Of a stretch of DNA of 64,000 nt, positions 12,628 through 25,683 are shown piece after piece. Where the stretch lies: contig CM119373.1 of the NCBI GenBank assembly GCA_051294905.1, positions 746,001-810,000 of the forward strand, written 5' to 3'. The translations under genes and the position numbers were made by a program. Position 1 is the first letter of the stretch, and each line of letters opens with the position of its first letter. The notes beneath the pieces were generated by a model. It ran no database searches. It worked only from the letters and a program-made list of their open reading frames with translations, and had not been told where the DNA came from. Origin of the DNA: Botryllus schlosseri. Its lineage: Eukaryota.

Positions 12628-12996
12628 TAGGGTTACCATACGTCCTCTTTTGAAGATGATTTGTCCTCTTTTTTGACTTTTTTTAAAGTGTCCTCGGAGG
12701 AAGCCCTTTTGTCCTCTTTTTTGAAAATTTAGGTCAGAATTAGAGCAAATTGCGAGTGATATGCCGTAAATTAGCACAGAAGTGACGCTCCGGCGGGTAT
12801 TTCGGAGTGAAAAACGGTGACTTTAGCTGAGCGGAAAGATGACCTTTTTTTTAGTCAACCGATCATAATTTTTTTAGTCAACCGATCATAAAGAGGGAAA
12901 AATTCACCGGTTTTTGAGAATTCTTCTCCGGTTATGCAAGTCTCAGATTTCTGAAAAAGTGTCCTCTTTTTGGATTTCCAAAATATGGTAAGCCTA
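12628..12996. mobile_element. hAT-type MITE, family A (reverse orientation)
   Basis: TIRs TAGGGTTACCATA / TATGGTAAGCCTA; perfect TSD TGCTTGAC; reverse-complement homologue of 1606-2053. Confidence 0.9.
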
Positions 12997-13261
12997 TGCT
13001 TGACACTCTAATGATATGGTCAACATGGTATTACGAAGTCGATTGGTTGACATGACAACGTTCCACAGATCACTACATTTTGCGACATTTTGACGCAAAA
13101 GCGTCCTTCATCCTGGATCCCTAGGATTTGCAGATACCCTAATTTCGCACGAAGATCCAATGTTTTGGAGTGGGGATCGCCGACTCCTCAATCAGGATAT
13201 ATTGGAATTCGCATATTAAGTGAAAATCCATGATGTTTTTAGTCAGCTTTCTGGCCTACAC

Positions 13262-13538
13262 CACGAGGGTTGGAAACAGTCCGGTTCAGGAGCCGGAGCA
13301 TGATTTCATTGGTTTTGTACCTGGCCGGACTGGATCCGGATTCTGAATTTGCAGTGACTGTCGGCTTTTAGCCGGATTTTTTGGCTGCAATATGATTAAT
13401 TAGCATTATTATGGCAGGATTTTTTCGGATTCCGAACTGGACATTCATCAGCCGGATTTTTTTGGATTCTGAATTTCCAGTTGCCAGCCGGATCCGGATG
13501 GATTCGGATCCCGAAATTTAGGAATCCGCCTATCTCTG
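13262..13538. mobile_element. hAT-type MITE, family D (CCGGAT-rich)
   Basis: Perfect TSD GCCTACAC; right end ATCTCTG; homologous to 43585-43857. Confidence 0.88.
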
Positions 13539-15589
13539 GCCTACACCCGTTACGTTACTATAGCGTTTGAGATATGTGCGCCAATCACATTTAGTAGTCC
13601 GTAAGTATATAACTGTATCTGGTACACGACAGACTAATAAACTGATACGGTATTGATAGCGTGTATTATGGTTAGTACAACCATAGTCATCTATGACATG
13701 ATCAACCAACTCAATCCCAATTCACTTCAATATGTTGGGTATTCATACAGCTTGGTAAAATTGTTCCATCAATGGATATACATAAGAATCTGTCAAGTGT
13801 ATATGCCATATTGATGTTGAAATAACCAGGAGCTGTCCGGATGACACTCGATAGGAGTCCTTGTCAGCCACTCGTGAATACCCTCGCATAAGTTGTACAG
13901 TAACATTGTTCTTTCAAATCGATTATGACTACTTACAAAATTCTGTATTCAAGATTAATGTGAATCTATATTCAAGATGAATGTGAATCAATCGATCATT
14001 CAGGTTGATCAATATTTTCATCGTTTCAAAATATCACAAGACTGCGATGCAATGAAAAGATGGGAATGTGTCGAAACAACTTGGAGTATTTTTAAAGATA
14101 AGACACCCACCTTAGCCTAGGCGAAGTAAATAAGAGGCATGCACACTGAATGAAAAGTAATGAAGAGAATATAAGACGCAAGCGACAAAATGAGGTGACA
14201 TGTGGCGCAGGGCGAGGTCGATGTTAGGTCGTGGTCGATGTTAGGTCGTGGTCCGGTAATACTGAATATTGGCTATACTTTCATTATAGATAGAAATTGC
14301 ACAAAAAGACTTCTATACATTCCTACATTATCGACTGAGTTTTTGATCTAAGGGACGGAGGTTGACAAGATACTGCGCACCGATAGATAGTCGTCAGCTT
14401 CATACACAGTAGGTTTACACAGTAGGTTTGGGTTTAGAGGCTGATCCCTTTAGTCCTATCGAGAGGTGGGTTAGTGGTCATAGAAAGTTGGGAACCCCTA
14501 CTCTAGATGCTATCGTCATCATTAAACACTACCCTGTATTGATAGATCAAAAGTGATCAGAGTTGGCATAAGCTGGTCGGATATTCGATATATATAGCAA
14601 TTACTATAGAATTTATGATGCAATTCAAACATGTAGCCTACACTCTGAATTTTTTTCCGTTGGTGACAACAGCAAAGAGAACGTTGCATGTCCAAGAACA
14701 AAGCACCTGAAAAGGCGTTCCGTGTTATCGCTTGGCGTTGTCAATACTGTGTTGTCTGATATAGGCGTTCTCTGCGATATCACCCATGGAATGGGCACGA
14801 GAAACTACTATTACATAATCTGGCCTACACGAATGCTACCTCTCTGCAGCTCTTGATTACTAAATCTGGTGTACTCGGCCCACAACCTGTTGCTTGTAAC
14901 GCAGCATAAAAATCATTAGTTCACAATGATATATCATCATATTAAAAGTCAATTCAATCATCAGTGATAAAACAAAACCATCATTCACATGTAAAAAGCA
15001 ATGCACTGCACAATGAAACAATCAAGACCGCTGCTAGTGCAAATAAATAATCATGGGCACAGTGATAAATCATTTGTTTTGTTTTGAGACAATATGAGCA
15101 CGCGACATACTTAGTTTGAGTTTCAGCATACGACTTTATACACCGAAAACACTTCTGAGATGAACCCGTAAATATAGCCTGACCCTCGGCTACCCCCTAT
15201 GTACCGCACAACCAGTGTACCGCATAATTTAACCCGTATCGTGAAGTGTCACGCAATAAAGTCGCATGATTATGTCCAAGGAGCTATTGGAATATATTGA
15301 CAAAATATTGTAAAGGAAAACAAGACCTGTGTGCCAATACAAAGGTAAAGTATGAACACGGTTTAACCAAGTCAAATTAGTAAGCCTATTACGCCCTTAC
15401 AGTATGTGCTCAAAATTGTATAATAAATGGTTCAATTTTTCACTCCCATGTGGCAGGCACTATTAAGTCGCATGCTATGACAAGTGTTGACGAAGCTGAT
15501 GGGATGATGTATATTAACGAAATACTGCAAAATAACCAACACCGTGTGCCGAGATAGAAGCAAAGGATGAACAACTTGAAAAATAATAA

Positions 15590-16220
15590 TCTCAAGTCAA
15601 AGCCCTTACAAAATGTGTTTAAATTTCCCTTATTCGATTTTTCAGAGATATATTGGGTGTTTTTGTCGCCGACAACAACCCTCTCAATAAATGCCAGGAA
15701 TTGAAATTTCTTCGGGTATGACATATCCCAGGCATATAATAGCATGCCATCATATCGATTAGAATATCGAACACCGGTGCGCCGTCGTTACCACACGGGA
15801 CGGATTCCCCAACAGCTAGAATTCAGCCTTGAATTGACCCATCCTGGTGTCTTGCGACAGCTAGATACGGAGGATCATGCTTCTGACTCTAGTAGTACTT
15901 ACATACGAATTTTTGCAATCGCTTCGAAAAGAATCTGAAGTCATCACGTAAGGACATCCATGAAATTCACCTGTAAATCGGGTTAGCCTTTCCTGCCTAA
16001 ACATATTCGGGTTAGCCTTTCCTGCCTAAACATATTCCAATCAGATAATAATGGAAGTAGAAATTATGTATTTATTATGTACCTGTTGGACTAGCAAAGC
16101 TGTTGAACCACTTTTTTGTCGGCGCTTAATTAATTCTGGTGTCTGTAAGTTCCGACTGTAGTTTCAGCAGCTTGGTGAGTTCATCCTTGTCACCTTCAGT
16201 GGACTGATGATATGGAATGA
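15590..16220 (-). pseudogene. Degenerate transposon accessory ORF (SAMD3-like C-terminus, as in EnSpm/CACTA-associated ORFs)
   Basis: MLLYAWDMSYPKKFQFLAFIERVVVG resembles the recalled 'YYVFNxxYPK..FIQ' motif; probable introns nearby. Confidence 0.4.
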
Positions 16221-16779
16221 TAAAATAGTTATTACTAATGCTGAAGCTGACTAAATTTGCAAGTCCAAATTTACCTAAAATATTACATCCAATATATCTA
16301 TCATATTTTGATAACTGCTTTTCATGTCTTCGAAGGTTGTTGGCGCAATTATGTTCTTGAACTCTGCTCTGATCTGAGATGAAGAAAATCATCACAAAAC
16401 ACTCATAGAAATGGCTAATAACATTGTGCCAGGAGCGGCCAACCTTTTAACGACCGCATTTCGATTTCCTTGGGAGCTCACGGCTGCATTTTAGTGCATA
16501 ATTATAATGAACTATCTTGACACCAAATACCCACGTTGAACCTTCCATGGTATATTTACAGTGAGGACTAGCCATGTCGTCATTACGTCTTACTCGACGG
16601 ACCGAAATCGTGCAGTTATGAATAGTGGGATTAATGTTGTAGTTTCCGATATTACTATCAAATATGTAAGCAGATATGGTAGGCCGTACGGCCTACCGCA
16701 ATCTATTACCCAAGAAATGTAGAGGCCTGGCAAAATGCGACGCTGAGAATGTTAGCAATATTTTGTGCTCATATAAAAG

Positions 16780-17189
16780 CAGGGTTGTAATGACTCAAAT
16801 CACGATTTTCTGATGACTCGACTTGACTCGCATGACTCGAGACTCAGGCGGCCAAGACCTACATTTCATTGTACTTTCGACGAATAGTAAAGTAACCACA
16901 CTATTGGGATTACGTCTATTGGTATTGGTACTTGAAATGCGACCAGAAACTGCTAAAAGTTAGAAGAATTAACATATTATAATAAATGCGAACCATTCGA
17001 TATCGCCAAGTCATATTATAATAAATGCGAACCATTCGATATCGCCAAGTAGAGTTATAAAGAGTGGGTTAACAAGACTTTAACTGGAAACTGAGCAGTC
17101 AATACAATGACTCAGAGTTGATCCTCTGCTCGCTGACTTGGACTCGATTGACTTGTGACTCGGAGCCTTGTGACTTGGTTAAAACCCTG
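16780..17189. mobile_element. hAT-type MITE (GACTCG-rich)
   Basis: TIRs CAGGGTTGTAA / TTAAAACCCTG; TSD TATAAAAG/CATAAAAG. Confidence 0.85.
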
Positions 17190-17314
17190 CATAAAAGACT
17201 AAAATCCATGAATGAGTTTGCAATTACAGAGGAAAACAGGTAAACTTTCATTCGTGCATGTCACCATTATCTCTATAGCAGACTTGGTGAACTAAATAGT
17301 TCTAATGGTTCTTG

Positions 17315-17638
17315 GATTATCCACCGATCACGGATAATCCCCGGATTATCAAAGAAAAACTCAAATAACTCAGCTTCTACTGGTTTGAATTGAGTCAGAT
17401 TTGTTTTGCATCGTATTTGAAGACAGCGCTACAATTTCATGGGGTTGACAGAAAAATTTGGAAAAATTTATTTTTGCATTTATGGGTATTTTTGGGTAAA
17501 ATTTTGCAACTCTACGAAATCAGTGATTATTGGTTGGAATGAAACAAAATTTGGTGTGCGTCGATTTTCAAGGCACCCTAACGATTTAATCACGGAGCCC
17601 GCAAGATTCGGGAAAGAAAGTTATTTTTGAACACCCCT
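17315..17638. mobile_element. MITE fragment with hATm-like terminus
   Basis: Ends TGAACACCCTA; reverse-complement homologue of 40335-40584 plus 41818-41870; terminus resembles TAGGGTTGTTCA at 59023. Confidence 0.7.
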
Positions 17639-17659
17639 ATTGTTCAACTATTTTTCAGG

Positions 17660-18060
17660 AGAACCTTCGGTATTCTCTGTGCTGAAATGAGGTCTCACCT
17701 CATTAAAAAAGAAACAAATTTTAAGTTGCCACAAATTTTAAGTTGCCAATATCTCCGGAATGCAGTGGCCATTGCTCTCTCGAGATTGTCCTCTGGGACG
17801 ACGTATCGTGAAATCGCAGTCACGTTTGGATCGGGGCAATCCAGCGTCTTCGAAGTGAGAACCATATATTCAATGTCTATTCTATTTGACAGCCATATCT
17901 GTTGGAAAACAGATAACCATGGATGTTTGTCGGTATATCTCGGTTTTCATGATGTGCAAGTACGTAAGGATGCCCGAGAATATCCACCTAGCTTCCCAAG
18001 CCTTTTCCCTTGCTTATCGTCTCCCGAATTGCGTTGGCGCCATAGATGGGTGTCATATTC
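17660..18060 (+). pseudogene. PIF/Harbinger (HARBI1-like) transposase, N-terminal half
   Basis: RTFGILCAEMRSHL, VAIALSRLSSGTTYREIAVTFGSGQSSV (HTH), LPNCVGAIDGCHIPI (first catalytic Asp motif); frameshifted, with a probable intron at ~17834-17891. Confidence 0.88.
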
Positions 18061-19545
18061 CGATTTTGAAATTTGGTGATGTCCGAAGGAAAATCAGTGG
18101 GCTTTGTTGATGCAAACTTTTCTACTGAGTGCAAGCTGGGTACATATATTCTTGGTGGGTTTGTTTTTCAATAAGGTTGCGGACTGGGATTACAATATGA
18201 ATTACAATATTTGATTATTTTCCAGTATTTTACCTGCGCACTGTCAAAGGAGAAATCTCGCTCCCCATTGCGTGGTATCCTACAACTGTCACTCATGGGG
18301 GGGGGTCTGGCTTTAAAATTTTGGCACTTACTCCGTGAATGTGAGATAAAGGGCATTCAAGTTCATGCCGTTATTGCATGTCTACAAATAGACAATTTTT
18401 CAAAGTTCTGGCTGGAAGCAAAGAAATTCCTCTAAACTGCTCCTTCTCCGCCCCCAATCCATATGGTCGTGATAGACCTATACTTATCTTTTCCGATCCA
18501 CCTCATCATTATTTTATTATTTCTTATCTTGCAGACCGTGGAAATCAAGTGGAACAAAATACATGAACAAAGATGGGAATGACATACTATAGACGCATAT
18601 TTTAAAACTCTACGAAAATGAAAAATACAGCCTCATGCTCAGACGGACCAGGCTCACAGAAGCCCATATTCGATTGAATCCATATTCCAAAGTACATTTT
18701 CCATTTCAGTCTACAGTTGAATATTATCACAAGCCTTACAATTGACATGTAGATGAAAGTGAACTTGGCGAGGCATATTCTAAGCTGGGAAGTGGGGAAA
18801 AATTTATCAACGATGGATGGAGCAAAGGGTACCTCTGACTTCATTCTCCTTATAAACAGGTGCAATAGTATTTTCTCCAATTTATTTATGTGAGTAAAAC
18901 CAAAATTGTTATATTGTCTTACAGTTGGTTTGAAGTGATTAACTGCGGAGTGAGGAATCCTGTACGCAGTATGGAGGATCACATGATCAACTTCCTCAAG
19001 GATTTTGTCCAGAATCTGATGTTATGGAAGGTAGACTTCAAATGCTTGCCATGTAAACTAATTAGAGTGATAAATCCTTATTTGGAAGGCTGAAGTAGGT
19101 GAATTGGGGGAGCAAAAACGCATTCTTCCCCGAGCAACCCTGGAGGGATTGATTTTTACATCTCGAAATTTTGTTTGTCTCTGTGAAGGCTTGCTTCGTG
19201 AACTGGATTATGTTTGCCTGCGAACTTTCTCGCAAGACATTTTGGAAGTTTTCCTAGTATTTAGGAACTGGCTAGTTCTGATACCGTATCTAGGAACTGG
19301 CTAGTTCTGATACCGTATCATCTTTTTCAGATAAACTTGGGTAGGCACTCACAAAATCCTGATCTGAAGGCCGTAGCTTACGGAGTGCAGCAGATCACCC
19401 AGCGAATAATTATAAAAAAGGTGAAAGGTGGAAACACCACTTTCGGTACAAAAAACGCTTGGCATGAAGAAGTCTGCAATGAGCCAATACTGAAACGTAG
19501 TAAATTCAAAGGTCTGCTAAGTCCAGGTGTGAGGAAAGTTATTTA
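18061..19545 (+). pseudogene. P-element/THAP9-like transposase remnant (core and C-terminal part)
   Basis: GFVD, PNPYGRDRPILIFSDPPH, MKVNLARHILS (cf. KMKVxLAxQ), TFSQDILEVF (cf. SQDxLENFF), GRHSQNPD; interrupted by stops, introns and frameshifts. Confidence 0.82.
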
Positions 19546-20181
19546 GCAGACTACTTATGCAATTTCCTATTTTCAGAATAATGTTACTGGTACATGATGG
19601 TCATTTTCTCCCGCTGCCACCTCAAATGTCCAAGCAGAGAAGCTGCTGCTGTTTATATCAGTTTTGCATCATATCAATTTGTTTGACTACTCATTTAGAG
19701 TGTTCTACTGTGCGAGCGATACAACAAAATATTCAACTCTCTATATTCATAAGAATTAATCCGACCTTGATCTGTATTTCAAACACGTAACAAAAAGCGA
19801 CTCTAAAATTTGATTGACTTGATTTGTGACTCGTGACGATTGCCCCTGATGAGTCTTGGCCCAAAATCGTTGGGTTTTTACTTAAACATGAATAGAAAAG
19901 TGGCCTGTAACGGAGTAAAAAGCTGTGTTGTTATAATCACTACTTCCATTTTTAATAAACTAATTATTCTGTCTTTGCATGTTTTCTGTGTCTATTGCAG
20001 CCTACTACAATTCACTGTATATTTGAGAGATATTATGAATCACAATATCATATGCAGGTTCGTCATGATACTCATTTTATTGCCATCATAATACAGAATA
20101 AAGGATGAGCAATGAAAGCTGATATAAATCAAAACGCCAACAATTTACCTCAAGCTAAAAATTCTTGTAAAATTCTTTGCA

Positions 20182-21100
20182 CTAGCAGCCCTTGGTTTGT
20201 AGTTTCAAATTACCTCTCAACGCTTTGGTCAACAGGCATTTACTTCCGATTCTTTCGAATAACTTCTTAGCAAACCCTCTTCCAAGAACTTTGATAACGG
20301 TATTCACAATATGTGTGAGGATTTCCTCCAATAAATCGTAATCCAAGTCCTGGTTGGAAAGATAGATATTTTCAGCAATTTTGAAAAAGTACTGATCTTG
20401 CCTAATAGTCTCAGCAAACACAGATATGTTGATATTTGTTGGGGACCTGCTAAATTCCGAAGCTAATTTAATATCTTCAGATGGACAATGTAGTGAACCC
20501 GTTTTTTTATCTTCAGATGGACAATGTAGTGAACCCGTTTTTTTCAATTTATGCAATCGAAGAGTTCGGTCTTGGTTTTACAGACAAGACTTTCGTAATT
20601 TCATTGATTCCAAATTTTTCCACTGCTTTTTTCCATGAATAGCCACCCAAGTATTCCAGCGTATCCCCTTCAAACCCAGGCATTTCGCCAATTTTTAATA
20701 CATCCTTAACTGGCTCGGGTTTAGCGATCCTCTCAATTATTCGAAGCACATAGGATGGGTCTGATACCTCCGGTAAGAAAAAATCTGAAGCACGGATGCA
20801 AAACTTGCTGTACTGTGACACCAAATTTTCTTTATTCTTCTTTTTATTGTATTCTTTTATCCACACTGAAACATTGTCCAGTCCAAAAGATGAGAGTTTA
20901 CTCTCTGTGATATCGTTCAGTAGCATATTGACAGCCTCATCAGTAATAACAAGACTCGCTTCATTCGCAACAACAGCCGGTGATTATTCAATGTCATCAT
21001 CGATGGCTAGCAATTCCTGGATAATTTCAGGTGAAAGCCATTCAATCTCATTAATGGCCATTTTGGGCTGTGTGTCCCAATCTGCAACAGTTGACATTCA
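20182..21100 (-). pseudogene. Degenerate transposon-associated ORF convergent with the P transposase
   Basis: Consecutive ORFs 20549-20926 and 20182-20556 with LEYLGGY and GSLHCPS (cf. YIAGY / GGLxxPS motifs); includes a 36-bp in-frame duplication. Confidence 0.45.
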
Positions 21101-21112
21101 AACACAGTGATT

Positions 21113-21505
21113 CAATAACGAAATACCTGCCTTAATCATCAAGCGACGACCTTAAAATTTTGCACGGTCTTAGATGACATCATAAAGTCATACCATGCAA
21201 AATCCTGTCACCAATCTCGACATAGAACACCTTCGAAATCAACAAAGATTAATACCGGCTTTTGCCCTTGATCACTGCAGCAGGCTGATCGACAATAACA
21301 TACTAGACTTTGATAACGAAATAACTGCCTTAATCATTAAGCGACGACCTTGAAACTTTACACGGTCTTAGATGACATCATAAAGTTATACCATGCGAAA
21401 TCCTGTCACCAATCATGATATAGAACACCTTCGAAATCAACAAAGACTAATACCGGCTTTTGCCTTGAATCACTGCTGCAGTGCAGACGGATCGACAATA
21501 ACAAT
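21113..21505. repeat. Two tandem ~197-bp units (transposon subterminal-type repeat)
   Basis: ATAACGAAATA...CTTAGATGACATCATAAAG...TAATACCGGCTTTTGCC repeated twice; related to 63661-64000. Confidence 0.85.
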
Positions 21506-22395
21506 CCATCAAATGTATCAGGGTGTGACGGTGACGTCATTTTCCGAGTGTCCACACCACCTTTGAGTACACGCTGATTGCATGCAGCGTCTTTCGAGGT
21601 TGTTGAACTAAATGATATGTAGGCACAGTACCAAGAAATACCTCAATATGATGCGATCTGCAGATTGCCTAGGTGTAACAAGTAAGTGTCATAAATATCT
21701 ATTTGAAAAGCAGCTGAAACATCTGCAAGTCGTGCTGACGATCACGCTGTCTCTCTTCTCGCTCTTTTTCCATCTATTCTCTCTAAAAATTTCTGAATGT
21801 CACTACTTGACTTCTCAAATCGCATTGGAATGCACTTTATTCTATTATTGACTTTGTCAGTTATACAAGAACACTCTGTATCGACTATTAGCTTCATGTT
21901 GTAAGACTGTCCGTCCATAATTCATTTACCTGAAACTGAATCAAGCGGTCAATTCTTTTGTCGGCCCTACTTTGGCTCTCTTCCAATAAGTTACCTTAAA
22001 TGGAATATGATCAAATAAAATATTATTCGCACATCGATTTCGATCGAAGTCTATACTCACGCATTTCAGACAGATCACTAGCTCTTCTCTTCATAGGCCC
22101 TGTAATACAGTTGTTACATGATAATATTTATTCATATCTGCACAGTTGGCCTACGAATATAAACTTCAAACTAAAAATTCCATTTTGAAATTCAAGACAG
22201 AGCTTTTAACAATTATAATCAAATTCTGTGGTATCATACTACAAGATATATGGAAACCCACCTCCCAAACTAGTATCTGAAACTCGCTTCGAACTGCTAG
22301 AGCTTTCAAAAGAGGAGTCTGCAATAGAGCATGGGTCTGAAAAGCATTAGCATAATCATAATTACTGGTATGGTAAACCATATTTTATCGAATAA

Positions 22396-22726
22396 TTAAC
22401 CTTCCATGGACTGCACTAGTTGCGGGCTTGTCAGCTCTTTATCGCATAAGGTCATATCCAGTGTCTCATACACTCCTGACAAGGCAGGGGTCATATGAAT
22501 CTCTCCACCCCCTGTCCTTTTCTGATCATCTTTATACTTTCTATATACTCTCTCAGTAGCTTTTGCATGCGCTTGTAGCACGCGTCCCAGTCTCTACCAG
22601 GAAAAATGATTGCACTATTGCTGTAGGCATCCCTGTTTTTACTGCTCTTTTTACTATCTTTTCGTGGTATAAAGCCCACTGCTCAACTAATACAACTGTC
22701 TCCTCCGCCGTCCAAGTATATCCCAT
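22396..22726 (-). pseudogene. Harbinger Myb/SANT (trihelix) DNA-binding protein remnant
   Basis: MGYTWTAEETVVLVEQW, then across frameshifts RDWDACYKRMQKL and YRKYKDDQKRTGGG..VYETLDMTL; convergent with the Harbinger nuclease at 17660, as in two-ORF Harbingers. Confidence 0.75.
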
Positions 22727-22735
22727 CGACTGAAC

Positions 22736-23165
22736 ACTGGTAATATTGGTGTGTATATAGTTGGATAACTTATGTGGATCTCCTGCTTTGAAAACTGGTG
22801 TCACACGTGCTACTTTAAGACAATCAAGAAAGATCCCAAATTCGAAACATTTGTTGATCAATACAGTGAGGGTTGGCGCCGTTATGAATATGGTTTCCTT
22901 GAAAATATCCACAGGAACACCATCAGGTCCTGTTGCTGGGTCTCTTTTTAAATTGTGCACAATTGTGATGATCTCATTCTCTGTTGTTGGTTCAATGAAA
23001 ATTGAGTTAGGTTGTGGCCTACCTGGATAGTTCTTGTAGGTTCTAGATAAAACATGTTTGTCTGCAAGATATTTTCCAATGTTCGCAAAGTATTGATTAT
23101 ACTCTTTGCATATATGTCTTTCTCAGCAGTAAAAATGACATTGTCATTACTGATTTTCGACGGAA
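22736..23165 (-). mobile_element. LINE reverse-transcriptase fragment (duplicate of 51260-51683)
   Basis: ATGPDGVPVDIFKE...LKVARVTPVFKAGDPHKLSNY; cut off at the duplication boundary. Confidence 0.9.
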
Positions 23166-24179
23166 AATGGCAACGCTGAATACAAATCAGTCAACACATG
23201 TATGACCTATAATAGGAAACACCATACTTCATTGCATGGAGCAAGATTCCCTCGCAAGGAAGTGTAGTGTGGATGCAGCGCATTACTAGTAGCCTACCAC
23301 AGAAACCTTACCGTAAAGGACCTGGTCCTCTCAAAATATTATAAAAGTAATGTTTTGACCCCCTGGAATTATTCAAGATGTGTTTCCTGACAAATTTGGC
23401 GTAGTTTGAAGGGTTTCTGTGCATATCAACAGAGGTTATTTCTGTGTTCGCGTGTTTCGTTTATAAAATAGTCCTCCACTTTCGAACTATTTGGGCTCGG
23501 CATGTTAGCCACGCTCAAACGTAACAATGGGTGTCATTCTTCAGTGATTTTCTGTGCTCAATACCTGTCTGTTTATTTCCTTCGGCCTCATGTCCTTAGC
23601 AAGATGTGTGTAGTGCAGAATTTGTCAGGCTTAAATTGGTTGCATAGAGACCTTTATTTAGATAGTAAATGATTGAATATTTGTATGTTTCTGCAATATA
23701 TTCGAGTGTAGCGATATTTGGTGTACCATTAAACTTGGTGCTTATTTATGTAAGACTACGGCCATCAACAATAAACGGTTACCCTGGAGGGATGCATAGT
23801 GCCGAGTGATTGATGCGTATACTAGCACACCAACGCCAATACTCCACAGCCATGACATGATGTGACGTAACAAAGAAAATTTAGTGCTTGCTTTAAAATC
23901 AATCATACATGGTAGGGCAGAATGAATGGAATAATGATCGGGATATGATGGCATTGTATAATGGCAACTTAACCATTTGATTTTAGAGATGGACTTTAGT
24001 ACCAGTTGAATATAGGGATGACTTGAGTAAACAGCACATTTACTAAGGCGAACTGGTCAGTGGGCAACCACATTTCATGAGATACCATGAGTTGAACAAA
24101 TATTCATCCTTCATGTTGTAATTGGTAGCACCAGTATGTCATAATTACTGTGGTCGATCAATTGGGCCTATCTGCTACA

Positions 24180-25680
24180 ATGCCACGGGTACATGGGATC
24201 AGAAAAGGAAGTTGGCTCAGGTCGAGAAAGATAATGACAAGGCGAATTTTGGACTGCTTCACAAATATTTGCAGCCGTCTCAAGAATGTTCTGAATAAAT
24301 TCAAAGTGAAGCACAACTTCAGGAGGATGTTTGTAACCAATAACTTTGCAAGAGAAGCTACTAGTAATAGTAAATAGAAAAATCTCAACAATTTATTGTG
24401 CAGCACAACAGTTCATTGTACAGGATAATCATTAGGTACCAAAACCCAGTCAAAGTACAGTGATTTTGCGGTATGTTTGCCTGTTGTTGGGGAAACTGAA
24501 TGCCATAGACAGCCTGCTGACAACTGCGACAATAATGAAAAGGCGCCAGCTGCTAGAGACGACTCATTGCTTCACTCACCGAGCACCTCACAACAGCCTT
24601 GCTGTGGTATTACCCCTGAAGAACTAGTAAGGAATGCTTTGTCTGACGGAACTGGTATTACGCAGATTGAATCTCAAGGCAGTTGTAGTGCTCAGTAACA
24701 ACCCAGATTTGAGTTTGAAGCAGATCAATCATCCACTGATGTTCGCACTAATACCGAAAAGGTAGTCTGAAAATTCGATGATATTGGAGTGTGGCCATCT
24801 AATCTAGACTAAGTATGTCAGAGAAAAATGAAGTTGTTGTCAGGGGCCAGTTCAAGAGGAATTGAGCTGTTTTGTGTTTTCTGTAACCAAAGACAGAAAG
24901 TTCTCTGACTCATTTTCAAAGAAAGCTGAAAATGATAAACTGCAGAAATGTACTTGGTTAGTATATTCAAACTCGAAGGATGTAGTGTATTATTGCTTTT
25001 TCTGCAAATTAGTCTCTTCGGGTAAAAGTAGTTTGGTCAGTGATGGTTGCAGGGACTGGAAGCATATGAGTAAAATCTTGTGTGAACATGAAGCATCTAA
25101 GGAACATTTTGAAGCGGTGCATTCGTATTCTGAAAATCGTGCCGCTCTGACAAACCCAACCGATTTGCAGAAGAATGCACAACGCAGGCACAGTGAGCTT
25201 GTTGAATACTGGAGGTCTATTCTGAAACGTTTGCTTGCAATCATCCAGTACTTAGCAAGAAATCACTGTGCGTTACGAGGTACTGCTTGACACGAACGGC
25301 TAGGGGATCCACATCAAGGTCAATTTCTTGGCCTTGTTGAACTTCTAGCCAAGTTTGATCCAGTTCTTGCAGAGCATACTCAAACAAAGTAAAGAATCAA
25401 CAGATACCCGATGATTATTTTCGGATACCCGATGATTATTTAGGTAAAAATGAGTTGATTTCCTGGGTGGGAAAAATATTATTGGTCAAATAACTTCTGA
25501 TCTTCATAGATGTTCATACTTCAGTGTCATTCTTGATTGTACTCCTGATTGCAGCCATGACAAACAAATGACGCTTGTAGTTCGATATGTGGATACTAAG
25601 GGGATGTTTCTGTAAGAGAGCATTTCACTGGATTTCTTAATGTTGAAGAAACTACCTCGTTGGGTCTCACTGGGTCTCCC
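24180..25680 (+). pseudogene. hAT transposase (ZMYM1-like, TTF zinc finger/DUF4371), 5' half
   Basis: WLVYSNSKDVVYYCFFCKL, DWK, HEASKEH, YLARNHCALRG, GQFLGLVELLAKFDPVLAEH, YFSVILDCTPD..QMTLVVRYV; stops and frameshifts; cut off at the Harbinger-like TIR. Confidence 0.9.
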
Positions 25681-25683
25681 TAA

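Noticed and set aside
17879..17892. ATTCTATTTGA resembling the Ciona spliced-leader
   Set aside because: Only a partial match; it sits at the 3' end of a probable intron in the Harbinger remnant and is not followed by a donor site or Sm site.
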